A DNA stretch of 63,266 nucleotides, filler included, from Lenisia limosa (GCA_001655205.1; 13 parts of 13 records of this genome joined end to end with filler, not necessarily neighbours in it); one strand, 5' to 3'; shown: positions 24,403 through 37,300, counted from the whole stretch's first letter. Translations and numbers: made by a program. Notes: a model not told the origin generated them from the letters alone.

Positions 24403-24550
24403 AGCAATTTGTCATGACGAATCAGTCACAATTCTTGTTCTTGCACATGGAGAAGTGCGAAGATTTTGGCGAAGCTTTTTTTTTATGATTTTTTTTTTAA
24501 TTTCATGAGTTTGAGTTTCTAACAGTTGATCTGTGTATTTTCGTTTGTTT

Positions 24551-24650
24551 NNNNNNNNNNNNNNNNNNNNNNNNNNNNNNNNNNNNNNNNNNNNTTAATT
24601 AATTAANNNNNNNNNNNNNNNNNNNNNNNNNNNNNNNNNNNNNNNNNNNN
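24551..24650. other. Artificial contig linker
   Basis: 44N+TTAATTAATTAA+44N. Confidence 0.97.
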
Positions 24651-24868
24651 TATACGCAATGCAACGAAAAATTATTTATATGTTTTGTTTACATTGACCG
24701 CCATAAGACCTGACATGGATACTGAGTTTTTTCTCTGTCAATCGTGTCAGAACTTGTCGTACATACATAATACATATAATATTATCATGTAGCTATATGA
24801 TATACATTACGTACTGTATACATATGCATACCTACCCAGTCACCCCACCCCCCATCACTACTAACTTA

Positions 24869-24969
24869 TAGGGCTTCACTTTGGTTCGAAAAAAGACTGA
24901 TAAAATATTGATATTTATCGATGATTTATCGAAAAATTCAGTAATTTGTTGGACCGAAGTGAACATCGA
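24869..24969. mobile_element. MITE family A copy
   Basis: TAGGGCTTCACTTTGGTTCGAA...TTGGACCGAAGTGAAC. Confidence 0.7.
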
Positions 24970-24979
24970 GCCAACCTCC

Positions 24980-25164
24980 CTAAACAACACTCCTCGTAAA
25001 GTCATACAAAGCCCGCCAACCTCTCCGGGCGAAAATCACTTCATCCTCAACCGTGACCCTGTCATAGGTGTGCTCACTGAGAGCGACCGTTGAGAGGCGA
25101 AGTCCTGGGGTTTCCAGGAGCGGATCAAAGAGGTCCGAGAGCCATTGCGGGAATTTGTGGTTTT
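24980..25164 (-). CDS. Terminal exon of unknown gene
   Basis: After module acceptor at 25165: NHKFPQWLSDLFDPLLETPGLRLSTVALSEHTYDRVTVEDEVIFARRGWRALYDFTRSVV*. Confidence 0.55.
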
Positions 25165-25532
25165 CTGTGGGGGATGAGTGTGAAAATAGAAAATTAGCAA
25201 AAGCCCAAAATCAAACACACAAGGGTTGAAAACAACATAACAATGCCCCAAATTAAACACAAAGCCCAAGACAAATCTCTTCAGCTATTAGAAGCATATA
25301 GAAGGTGGGGGGCCTCTCAAATTGTGAACTATTTTCATGATGACCCCACAAACTGGAAACATAGAAGGTGGCCTGTAACTTCCCGCTACCTGTGGGGAGT
25401 AAAAATGTGGCAAATATATGAGAAAAAAAAGAAGCCCAAAATCAACTCTGTTGGCTTCTGCAGCACCGCATCCCATCACTCCAGCGTACCTGAGGGGAGT
25501 AAAGTGAGGCAAATATATGAGAAAAAAAGGGA
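25165..25532 (-). repeat. Three stacked intron 3'-end modules
   Basis: C-tract-CAG ends at 25490, 25390 and 25165; the first two are followed directly by GTA. Confidence 0.8.
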
Positions 25533-26350
25533 NNNNNNNNNNNNNNNNNNNNNNNNNNNNNNNNNNNNNNNNNNNNNNNNNNNNNNNNNNNNNNNNNNNN
25601 NNNNNNNNNNNNNNNNNNNNNNNNNNNNNNNNNNNNNNNNNNNNNNNNTAATGGAGTCGCTTGCTTGAATAAATACTGAAAACAAATACAAGGAGTTACC
25701 ACTATCAATAGTATAATTAAATGTTATAATTTCAAATAATTGTAAAATAAAGTAATTTTCTGAAATTGTCACATTTTTTATTCCATTTTCAGCTGAAATC
25801 GAAAATCTTGATTTCAATCGTCAAAAAAAAATAAAAAAAAATACGAAATATTTGAAAACTGCACGGTGTTTAAACTGTTATGTATTTATTTATTTCCTAG
25901 ATTTTTAATGTTATATATTATTTCTTGTTCAACAAATACAAAGAGAAGAGATCCCAACTCTTAATAGTGATCATATAATACCAATAAGAAGAGTAGTTCT
26001 CACTCTTTATATAATGCCAATGAGAAGAGTGGTCCTACTGTTAATGGTGATCAATATGGAGTAAGTGGAACCGGCAGAGATGACAGAGCTCGAGGGGTTG
26101 TTGAAGGTTGACAAGGATAGATGGTGCTGGGAGAGGTGAAAAATGGACCATACGATCAAAATGGTTGTGACAATATGGTACAAGTATCAGTGTATAAAAT
26201 GACAGTGGAGAAGAGACTAAAACATGAAAATTAGGAGTTTTTGGAATTATCAAGAGTCTTTTATCTTTTGATAAATATAGTTGAAAGTTGAACAAAAACG
26301 TTTTCTTCTTGCCCGACTAAGCTAAGTTTATGTATTTAACACAACCCATA

Positions 26351-27757
26351 TAGTCGCGGACAAAATTAATTACAGTAGTCCTGTTTTTACCCAAAATTTT
26401 ATTAAAAATTGTAATAAATGGGATATAACTCGCCGAAACACCAGAATTTCACCTCAAACCAGCATATATTTCGAAAGTAGGCATCTTTTCGGATTTGGAT
26501 TTTTTTTTGGTTGTAAATCCGTATTTTCAGCGAAAATATTAAAATAAAACATCAAACTCGAACCTACGACATTCATATTTGATATTCTCTAATTTCTCAA
26601 TCCTGCTTCATTCGTTGATGAAATAGTCCCCTCACGACTCGGAAATGGGCCAGTAGTTACATTTTGATGCTAATACACGTTACTTGAAAATGCCTTGAGG
26701 TCAGAATCCTTCTAAGTCAGTACTTAGTGGGGTAACCATCGTTTTCAATGACGGCCTGGAGACGGCGGGGCATAGAGCAGATGAGGGTCTGCATCATGTC
26801 AAGGTCGAAGATGTTCCATGCTTCTTGAAGACTACTGAACAGTGCTTCTTCGCTACAGAAGCGTTCTGGATGGAGCTTACGGACTTCATGATCGAGAACA
26901 TCCCATAAATGCTCGATGGGGTTGAGATCAGGGCTTTGAGATGGCCATTGACACGGTTGACCTTGTTGCGACGGAAGTATTCCTGAGCGACACGTGACGT
27001 ATGCTTGGGGTCGTTGTCCTCTTGCCAGAAGAAGTCAGGGTAGGTAGGGCAGCANNNNNNNNNNCGTGTGTCTTGGACCCAGTATAGATCACCGACGCCT
27101 TTCCAGCCAAACGCACCCAGACCATGCCCTTACGGCGGTCGACTCTCTTGAAAGACGGCAACAGGTTCTGACCTTTCCGTTCTTCTGGAAAAGCTGGTAC
27201 GGAGACTCGTCCGAAAACGCCCAAGAGTCCCAAAATTCCGCAGGCTTGTCGATGTACTTGCGCGCGAAGGTAAGGCAAGCCACACGGTCCTTCTCGGAAA
27301 TGTGAGTGTGCTTACGATCAGAACGCTGGTATGCTGCTGACTTTCAGGCAGCGGGAGGCCCTACTTAAATACCCAAGCTTGAGCCCGGTTAAAAATACGG
27401 ATTGACAACCAACATGAGGACATATGTCTTGGACAATCTCTACAAAGAGGCCGTTTAGGGTTTTGAAGTATGTACACCATTCTTCGTTCCATTTCGGAAG
27501 ATTTGTTACAGCAGTTTTGAAAAGAATTATTGATGGGGAGTTCGACTCCTGGTGTTGACGTTTTATTTTTATCTTTTCGCTGAAAATAAGAATTTACAAC
27601 CCAAAAAACCCCAATAATTCCTTATCCGAAACGGTGTGTATACTGGTTTGAGGTGAAATTCTGGTGTTTCGACGAGTTATATCCCATTTATCACAATTTT
27701 TAACAAAATTTTGGGTAAAAAAGGACTACTGTTTTTATTTAATTTTGTCCGCGACTG
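26351..27757 (-). mobile_element. Tc1-family DNA transposon, decayed, with ~205-bp TIRs and TA TSD
   Basis: TA|TAGTCGCGGACAAAATT...(26351-~26556) vs ...AATTTTGTCCGCGACTG|TA (~27555-27757), aligning over ~200 bp; encloses transposase remnants. Confidence 0.93.
26717..27495 (-). pseudogene. Tc1 DDE transposase pseudogene
   Basis: FWDSWAFSDES, MVW(G)AFGWKGVGDL, QEDNDPKHTS, WPSQSPDLNPIEHLWD, SMPRRLQAVIENDGYPTKY*; several frameshifts. D-34-E spacing if one lost base is restored. Confidence 0.92.
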
Positions 27758-27989
27758 TATCCCCGCCCTAGCCCTGTGAGGAGGAAGATTTAAAAAGATG
27801 ACTACTGGAGAATCGAACCCTCGACAACGTCAGCAACTTTCATGGAAATCAGCAAATAAAAAACAGTCAGCAAAAACAAATGCCGATATATTTGTATTGT
27901 ATGTGATATTGACTAAGGATTCTTTTTAAGAAGTTGGAATTCTCATATTTTACATGGGAATTCAATCAAAATTTGGAGAAAATTATGTT

Positions 27990-28270
27990 ATTCTCAACAA
28001 CGCAGCTTGATGATTACAAAAAAAATGACCAGAAGTAGACTTAACCAGTATTGGTCACAAAATATGTTAAACAAAACCTCAGATAATACCAACTTCTTTC
28101 ACTGAAAACTCGAAACGATTGTACGTGTTATGCCCCATCAAATAGGAGTCTGTCGGAAGAGATTCCTCAGCATCTACAGGGTAAATCGTGTAACTGCTGA
28201 TGAATCGGTCTTTCTTTGGAAATATTGCTTTTCTTACATGGAAGGAGGGGCAAGAAGGTCGCTATGAGAA
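27990..28270 (+). pseudogene. Possible piggyBac-like (DDE_Tnp_1_7) transposase remnant
   Basis: Motif order RLNQYWS..SDN..KL..RKRFLSIY..VTADESVFLWK resembles YWS/DN/F..Y/DE of piggyBac transposases; in-frame stops, no termini found. Confidence 0.4.
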
Positions 28271-30067
28271 GCAACTTTATAAGAAGCATCTTACGACAAT
28301 AATCCATGAATCTTTCATTTATTACACATTATTACTGCATTATTCTTCAGACGGATGAAACGACCAGAGCAGCAGACCGGTAAGAGATATATACACCCCA
28401 TGGGACAGAGATATCAATATTTTTTAGTATATCATCCATGCAGGGTATAAACACCGGGTGTGTATAATACTGCTGTCAAGTTGTGAAGGAAATGTGGGTC
28501 TTCTTTTACGATGTTTCTTGTCAATTTAAAACTCTTCTATTTTGTATCATTTAATTTCTCAAGTTACATACCAGACCCTCTTCCTTCCTTTCATCCAAAA
28601 CCTCAGAAGAATCTCAAAGAAAAGCGTCTTAACGTTTTAATTGGGCCTATTGATTTTCCCCACAGACTGCTGAAAAGTTGGTTGGGGGTAGGGGATGGAT
28701 CGTCTCGATTATACGGTGGCATATTCGACATAAATCCAATTATTTATCATTTGTGAGAGTGATTAAAGATATTTGGAGTAGTCTAGAATCTGGAAATCTG
28801 GTATGTATCCATGGTTTTGATTTGTTTATTTGCTTGTTTTCCCAAATATTATGTTTTCCTTTGCTGTTTTGATTACAGGTATTCCAGATTATGTTTTTCC
28901 TATTCGAATGATCCAGATTATGATTTTTCTCGTCACATCAATGTTACCGGAGTTACAGTACAGATTATGATTCTTCGGTTTTATGAATGTTTCAGATATT
29001 TCATATATGTTATGGCATTTTTGAAGAAGCAAATCTACTATACTATACTATGTTTTATAGTATATCATATCAATTGGGAAATAATAAAAACAACAACCCT
29101 TTTCCTCCACATTCCAGAAAATTATCCTTCATTCAAGCACTTTCCCCCAGTAGAATCACTTGTTGCAAATTTGTCTTTTTTTTCCCTTCTATCTATTGTC
29201 TAACTAGCACTCCCACAGATGGACTTGAGCTTTTTCTCTGACAAGAAAATAGCCTCCGCGTTTTCGCGGGCAATCGCCGAATTTCCTCCATCACGTTCAT
29301 GCAACACCGTTTACACTTTCAGAGGAAAGAAATACAGTAAGCAGTTAGCAGTAATAATAACGATACTTGTTTTTGATCTTAAAAACTAATTTATTAAAAA
29401 CTATGCTCCAATTTAAAATAGCCAGTTTGAACCAAAATAATATGATACATGTTGCAATATCTCATGTCTTGTGTGTGATTTTTAAATTGTTTTTTTTAAT
29501 ATATAATTATTTTTAATACTTCTGAGGAGGTTGGTACAATTGTATATATGAGACAGCTTATTTTTAATTAAAAATTTGGACTCTGCACAATTATAGTTTG
29601 TCAAGAAATTAATTGCAAATTATCAGTAAGTAGAAATTTATTGCATTTTTATATAAATAAATGTCCAGTGAAATATCATGTCAATTAAATTTTGGGAATT
29701 TCTTGAATTTTGAAGATCGACATAAATTTTTTTATGTTGAAAATCAGGACATTATTTCAAAACCATAAGAAAATAATTTTAATTGCAAAAATTAAATTCA
29801 AAAATTATTGCACTATGATTGTCATAATGACCACAATTTTAGTTAAATTCTCGTAAAAAGTAGAAAAATATGACGTTACCAAAAGAAAAGTTTGTGTTCG
29901 GATATCCGTGACAACCGCAACTTGTTAATGTAATATAACTATTATTTAGTGAGATGTATATTTGCCTTAGGATACATGAATAAAGTATTTTTTTCAATAA
30001 TAATGACCTCATGATAGGATATTTGTTGAGAGTTTACCTGAACAAGAGGATTTTCTTTTCAGACATC

Positions 30068-30162
30068 CACTGACCGGGTCTTGACCTATTTTTCTTGAGA
30101 CCACATAGCAAATCGGTCAAGACTTATCAGCAAATCGGTCAAGACTTATCACGTCCACTGTG
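30068..30162. mobile_element. MITE family B copy with internal duplication
   Basis: CACTGACCGGG...GCAAATCGGTCAAGACTTATCA repeated twice...TG|TA. Confidence 0.65.
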
Positions 30163-30204
30163 TATATTCCTATTTACATAAATGAAAAATATATAATATA
30201 TATA

Positions 30205-30262
30205 TAGTCAAAGCTCCGGACATCATTCAAAATCTCCGGACATCAAAACTCCCGGACAGCTT
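30205..30262. repeat. CTCCGGACA direct-repeat cluster (second cluster 30858-30897)
   Basis: AAAGCTCCGGACATC..AATCTCCGGACATC..AACTCCCGGACAGC; transposon subterminal-like. Confidence 0.55.
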
Positions 30263-30714
30263 GAATTTTCCCTATAAAAGTACTATAAACTTCATATTCC
30301 CGTTATTTTCGAAAATAATTTCAGTCATAATCACAGGATAGAATGCCGTTTTTACATATTCTTGGCTCAAACCCAAAATAAGTCACTTGGCTACCCGTTT
30401 GCGGCCCTTAAACTGCCAAAAAGAAAGAAAGCACTAATTTGAACATTTTCCTCTCAAAATTCACAATTACATAGCCAAATCCATAACCAATTACTCCGAG
30501 GGGTACAAATTTTTGTTTCTTAACACTAAAAGAGGGATAAATTTCGAAAAAAAAACCCGTGAAAAGGCAAAAGGGGCCACTCCCGGGAGACCAAATTCAC
30601 GGATTTTTGACACTTGCTCACGAAATTATATAATTATAATATAATATCAGATATATATCTATTATATATATGTTGTATATGTATGCTGGGGAAATACGCA
30701 GAAAGCTGTGCACA

Positions 30715-30812
30715 GAGTTGTAAGGCAAAAGAATGGGTGAATTATTATACGATAATCCAATATCTCTTATAAGTGTGATAGTGTGGACGGATTCGGCCAA
30801 ATACAACCCTTT
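30715..30812 (-). mobile_element. Family C dispersed repeat
   Basis: AAAAGGGTTGTATTTGGCCGAATCCGTCCACACTATCACACTTATAAGAGATATTGG...AATTCACCC. Confidence 0.65.
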
Positions 30813-31154
30813 TTACGACTCTTCGCTTTATATTATATAATATATATGTGGGTCCTCAAAGCTCCGGACAGCATTCCAAATTCACCGGACACATCAAAAG
30901 ACCCCTTGTATGGGTCAACGGTAGTGTTTAATACAAAACCGGTTCGACAGATATATAGAGAAAGTGTGAATGTTACCCAACTTTTTTTTTCAATTTTGAT
31001 TATTTTTAGGAACTGGTTCGAATTTATATAAAAAATTGTTCCACATATTATACTTCTGAGGAATGAGAAATGAGAATTACAAAAAACAAATAAAAAAAAA
31101 CAACTTTCTGCTACCTCATTCCTCAAGCTGTTCTGTTCTAATTAATTACTTCAG

Positions 31155-31783
31155 AGAGATTGGAAGCCATTTCAGCCTATATCGGCTACCACACCGGATC
31201 GACTTGGAACATCAACAAGTGTCGTATGGATGTATTTAGGTTCAACAAGGCCAATCCAGGGCATCCTTTGGGCAAAATCAAGCCCTATTGGAACGACCGA
31301 CTGAGACAGCTGCTAATCAAAGCCAAGAACCAGACAGGAAAAGTACCACAATCTTCACCCAAGACAAGTGGCTACAAGACGATTGAACTGTTTCTCACTT
31401 TCCTTGAGCCTGATGACGAAGTTGCGACTCCTAATATGGTACAGGAATATTGGAAACATCATGTGGTAAAAAGTTCTGGAGCGAGAAAGCCTCGTTCTCG
31501 TGCTGCACCGAAGCCAAAAGCAAAGAAAGCCCCAATGATGGTTGAAGAAGACTCGGAAAGTGATGTTGGGAGTGACCATACGGAAACTGAAACAGACAGT
31601 GAAAGTGAAGATGAAATTGAGGCTGTTGATGGAGAATACCCCTCCAAATCTGGAGCTAAGACTTCTGCTCGAAGGTCTACCAGAAACCGAGTACAACTGC
31701 AAGGCTATTTCGATGATGATGATGACGAGGAGGTCGGAAGTGACTTGGACATTGAGACAGAAGAGGAACAGGAAGAATCTTAG
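31155..31783 (+). CDS. Large terminal exon: basic region plus long acidic tail, unknown protein
   Basis: Acceptor CTAATTAATTACTTCAG| then an open frame of about 208 codons ending EEEQEES*; no upstream exon identified. Confidence 0.6.
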
Positions 31784-32036
31784 TTGGAGGGCAATAAGTT
31801 TGTTTGAGTTTCAGTACAAGTTCCAAACTACCTATTATTGTAACTCTCTTTTTTTGAAAAGGACAATAAAAAATTATTGTTTTTGTGAAATAAAACAAAA
31901 CATTATTATAATATTTCAACTTTCCCCAGTTTATTTCTTCTATATCTCTAGATTCCCATAAAATATCTATTTATCTTGCTCTCAATAAAACTTACCCAGC
32001 AGTGAGACTGAAATTCGAACCTGGAGAGCCCTTTAT

Positions 32037-32136
32037 NNNNNNNNNNNNNNNNNNNNNNNNNNNNNNNNNNNNNNNNNNNNTTAATTAATTAANNNNNNNN
32101 NNNNNNNNNNNNNNNNNNNNNNNNNNNNNNNNNNNN
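32037..32136. other. Artificial contig linker
   Basis: 44N+TTAATTAATTAA+44N. Confidence 0.97.
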
Positions 32137-32539
32137 GCCACATTCAAAGAATAAATGTCAACTATCCGGGAAAGTTAACCCTCGTATAGAGTGCTATTAT
32201 GAGTATTCTATTTCTTCTATAAGACCACATCACAGCCAAGCAATGGGGAATCACCACGGAAAGCCTCAACAGAATGTATTCCCCAGATCCCAGATATAAC
32301 ATTTTCTCTACCCACCTGGGTNNNNNNNNNNNNNNNNNNNNNNNNNNNNNNNNNNNNNNNNNNNNNNNNNNNNNNNNNNNNNNNNNNNNNNNNNNNNNNN
32401 NNNNNNNNNNNNNNNNNNNNNNNNNNNNNNNNNNNNNNNNNNNNNNNNNNNNNNNNNNNNNNNNNNNNNNNNNNNNNNNNNNNTTTGGGACTGAAACGTA
32501 CTTTGTCGTTAATCAGTCGTTAATAAAGTGAATAACTAT

Positions 32540-33300
32540 TTCAAGGATTAAATTTTGATTTATAGACTTGAAGATTGGCTGAAACGACCCCAGACTTGAC
32601 AGAAGAGCAATCAACAACCAAAGAAAGAAAAAGCAAATGAAAATAAAAAAAATACTTTAACAACACAAACTAAAGCTGACTTTAGAGCATTTGTCTTCAC
32701 AAAATGAAGGTTGACTGAGCAAAATGAGGTAACATATTGTACTGAGCATATTGAATTAAAAATCCAGAAGAAAAGATTGTCTGGCTGGGAAAGTATTTCT
32801 TTATTAAAATGCAAAATCTTGAAATTGCAGGAGACAATTTTTGAATTAAATCAAGCGCCAAAAGTGACATTTCGAAGAATGATGATCCTCTATACTGTTT
32901 AAGAATAAATGAAGCTCTATTTGAAAAATGATCCATAATTATGCCTCCTTTTTCATCAACTAAACAAACACCAGTTCCCTAAATTAGCTTTAAATGAAAC
33001 AGTCCGATTTTCTTTAAGATATTCAACTGATGATGTAAAAAACATGCTATAGGAAAGCTCTATTAGGTAAAGTTACACACAAACACTTCACTAGACAACA
33101 AAAATACTGTTTCAAGCTTTCTATGACAACTTAAGACAACGTCTTTCCCATATAAAAGAAAAGATAAGAACCGATCATTAAAAGTCTCCAAATATCGGAT
33201 GCTAATCTTGGACGATAACACAAACGAAAACATGTTTTAGATTCAAAAAAAAATTTCGAAAACCAGCAAATTGACACAGGAATAATGTTCCTGGACGAAA
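32540..33300 (+). pseudogene. Stop-riddled A-rich coding-like remnant, probably TE-derived
   Basis: Protein-like frames broken by many stops; no definitive motif. Confidence 0.25.
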
Positions 33301-33624
33301 AGTGCTCAATGTGAAATTTTGTATTTGAAAAGCAAATGTAGTCCGAAACAGGTAAAAAAAAAAAAAAAAAAAANNNNNNNNNNNNNNNNNNNNNNNNNNN
33401 NNNNNNNNNNNNNNNNNNNNNNNNNNNNNNNNNNNNNNNGTTGTACGCGACTGGAACTCCATCAAAACAATCAGGGATATAAAAGAGTATCTTTCCAAAG
33501 TGTATATCAAAAACACACACAACGAAATAAGCGCTACTCATTTACTAACTTTATTAAATCTAATCCTCAAGAACCCAAAAAATGAAAAAAGCCATTGGGC
33601 AACTATAAACAAACTATACACCCC

Positions 33625-34193
33625 CTAGCCTCGATTTGGCCTCGATCTGGGCCACGATTGCCTCGAGCAAGGGGCCACAGCAGACCTGTGGATTTTGAAG
33701 ATCCCAAGATCTCTCAAAGATCTCCGGTCAATGCGGAGGCCAATATTGACGAGGTTGAAGGGCATTTTGGGTAGCCACATCTTCGCCTCTACACCACCAA
33801 CCGCTTGGCTCAAGTAGCGCGTGAAGTGTACAATGAAAGACCAAGTCAGCAAACCGCCTCAGAAAGGGTATGTTTGTTTTGATGTGGCTTTTACTCTTAT
33901 CACACTTAGTTGGCTAACCCTGGCTTGGCATCTCATGTTGAGGGTGCCATTTGACTTCCACCTGCGCGTTGACACTGCCCGGCCCATCGGCAATCAGGTC
34001 ATGACAGAGTACAAATCCCTGGGGGTTTACCACCCTTGAAGTTCGGCAGAGTGAGCACTAGACCTGTGAACTCTAGCTTTAAGAGACCGAAGTCGAGGAA
34101 GATCCAAGGATCTGGGAATGAGTGCACCATTAGTGATGCCATCATGGAGGCGTGAGAGTGGCGTGGTCAAGGTGTTCACAAACGCTTCAATCT
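33625..34193 (-). CDS. GC-rich coding-like fragment, unknown; 5' partial
   Basis: Open frames IEAFVNTLTTPLSRLHDGITNGALIPRSLDL... and WSFIVHFTRYLSQAVGG...; exon structure unresolved. Confidence 0.35.
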
Positions 34194-34293
34194 NNNNNNN
34201 NNNNNNNNNNNNNNNNNNNNNNNNNNNNNNNNNNNNNTTAATTAATTAANNNNNNNNNNNNNNNNNNNNNNNNNNNNNNNNNNNNNNNNNNNN
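34194..34293. other. Artificial contig linker
   Basis: 44N+TTAATTAATTAA+44N. Confidence 0.97.
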
Positions 34294-34369
34294 ATACTAT
34301 ATATATGATATGATATAGTACATAATATATTATATGTATATAGCTATGTATAATATACTATCTGATGTA

Positions 34370-37300
34370 TGTACCTTACTTTCTTCCCCCATACTTTCCA
34401 ACCATTGAAGTGTCTTCCATACCAATAATCATCTGAAAAATTAATAAAAACTCTTTGAGTTAGAAGATTTCTATACCCCCTCCTACATGAGTATCACTGT
34501 TGTTAAATCCCCAGATAATACTCTCTTCAACTGGGGAAGTGATAAGTCCAACAACGCCATAACCACCAAACTAAATAGTAAGAAGATAAAGCTTTCCTTT
34601 GAGCTTACAGGATCAACAGCTGGCGTGGTTGGAGTATCAACGAACCAACTTCCGCTGCTTCCTAATTCAATAAGATTTGAATCATATCTACTATGTATCT
34701 TTGTATACATAATTCATCTCTCATTTCTTCATAGCCTCCCCCCCCCCCNNNNNNNNNNNNNNNNNNNNNNNNNNNNNNNNNNNNNNNNNNNNNNNNNNNN
34801 NNNNNNNNNNNNNNNNNNNNNNNNNNNNNNCCTGCGAAGTTTTAAGTTGTCAGTGAAAACGAAATAAAAACGAAGAGTTCCTTCAGCTTTACTCAAATGA
34901 TACTCTTGAAACCCACATTATTTCCAGCAAAGTACGCTTGTTCAGGGAGGGATGGATCGTAGAGCATTCGAGTGTCTTTAGAGAAACGTGGGAAAGTCTT
35001 AGTCTTAGTTTGCGTAGAAGTTGCATAGTCCTAAAAAGGACGTTAGACATAAGAAAAGAAACTGAATTCATAAGAAGTCAATTGTAATGGCGCGACAAGA
35101 GTGGGCACCGCCTGGTCACGAACAGATTTTCTAGAGTGAACACTGGGAATTTTGGGAAGGAATAGAGAAACTTTTGTCACAAGTCAATTCGAAAACGAGC
35201 ACTTAAGATTAGTGTCTCTGTATAAAAATTATTCTTGCTATTTTACGACAGCTAAAGAAGTTTGGAATTATGAATCAGGTGTCAACTGGTACACTATGGA
35301 AGAAACAACTAACCATCTGGTGCCATCCGAGAGTGATGTAATCGGATCCGCTTGTAGCTCGCAAATAGCCTCGAATAAGTCCCTGAAAATTACAAAAAAA
35401 AAATACCTCAAAACACACACCCAATGTAAGATACTTCATGGAACTATACTCAACAATAAATAAAATTTTCATCGTATTAAATACTAACAACATCCAAGCC
35501 TACATCCTTACATCCCATCATGATTGGTTTACCATTGTTTCCCCATTTAGTACTTGAGTAATCTATCTTTGAACCTAAACAATAAAAAAACGCTATTATT
35601 TCCATTTGACACGCGTAATGCTATGTACCCACCAGTAATAGAAAGTTGGTCCGTGTAATTAACTCTAATGACAGCCATGTGACAATCCTACATGTGAATC
35701 AGGTTGCACTTGTTCAAACAGAAAATCAGGGAGTGCAAAAAAAAACACAACAAGTAAAAGCCATATTCCTACATGAATATATGCGGTATGGGTAGCTGCA
35801 TCCATGCAGAAACTGGATCTGTTCAAGAGATCCTGGTCAGAAGAAGAGTATCCGAAGTTCATGATCTGGAAAAGTCAGTCTGTCATTTTCTGAATCGGAG
35901 TGAAGCCCTAGATATTATATAAAAATTATATTAATATTAAAATATAGTATGATATAGCATATAGCTATATGCATACTAAACTATACACTGACCGCGATAA
36001 GATCCTGAGACGAATAATGAGCATTACCTCCAGTCAATCGTGTCGGAAGTTATCGCGGTCAGTGTAGCAATTACTATGATATATACATAATGATATACAT
36101 AGCTACATATGTATGTAGATTGTGTAAGCTACATATCATATCATATGATATCATACAGTAATATATAGAAAGCTGAGATATTTACCTTCGTCCCTTTCAA
36201 CTTTCCATTGCGTCGGGGAATACCCTCAGATATCAATAAATAACTCAAAAAGGTACCAATAGACCCTTTGCAAAAGGTGCAGTAAGGAGATCAGTTCATA
36301 AATGAAACAGGAACGGTCTGTATAAAACCCCAAGTATCCACGGCCATATCATATGCATTGACCCACATGCCATCCAAATAAATGAGATATATTTATGGCG
36401 TGGTACTAATCAAAAGTATGCTTGTAATAATAATATCATAAACCAGATTATTTACCTCCCCCCCCCCCTCCACCATCGAACTGGTTTCTTTGGTAATCGG
36501 GTTGTACTTTATAAGGTGTCTTTTGGCAGTGTTAGAATACTGTACTTGAATAAACACCAGGTTGTTCACCGTGTCAACCTTGTGGGTCAATATCAGGAAA
36601 GAAAAGGAATTTCAAATCAAGTATTGTTTTTTTGTTTTTGCTTTCATTCAAAAATGGTTTCATTCTCTCAATGAAATTGTAGAACTCCAAGCTGACCATA
36701 GCAAAAGGCTTCTGACAGTCGAGTGCAGAGAAAGAAGCTGAGTTGATCCAGGGTAAAATTGTTCCTGAATGAAGGCTTTGGAGACTGAAAAATCAAAAAA
36801 AAAAAAAAGATTAAAAAAGTATATCATATGACTATTTGAACGTCAATAATGTCTTGGCCAAAGAAAAACCTCTCACTCAACAAAGGTTTGTTCAAGAGTC
36901 TGTGGGTCAGTGTAGTAGACAACCAAGTCAGTCTCCTAAAGTAGTGAGACTGATCTGTACAGAAAGGAATGGCATTTTGTGCAACTCTCACCTCTACAGA
37001 ACAGCCAACAGGCATATGCATAATGCGACCTAAGGAATAAAAAAAACACAACAGGAAGAAGTAAGAATGAAGAGTGTAACCCACCATCTGCCATTGTGAA
37101 GTGGTTTCTGGGAGTTTGGAACATTAAGGCGCGGTCTCTTTTGGAGCACTGAATAGTATAAAAATTATGAAAGAGTTTAAAAGTGAGTAAAAGGTTGTCC
37201 AACTTACGGTGGCCTCGGCCCCGTTAAAAGAGCAATAAGTATGACTGTTCACAAAAACAGCATTCTTGGAAAACTAAATGGATGAGAAGAAGCAGTTGTT

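Noticed and set aside
17575-25500. Recurrent peptide GVMGCGAAEA as a repeated protein domain
   Set aside because: Copies are interrupted, lack consistent splice boundaries and are contiguous with the intron-module repeat.
26555-32030. tRNA B-box-like words at about 26556, 27806 and 32010
   Set aside because: No A box or cloverleaf could be built around them.
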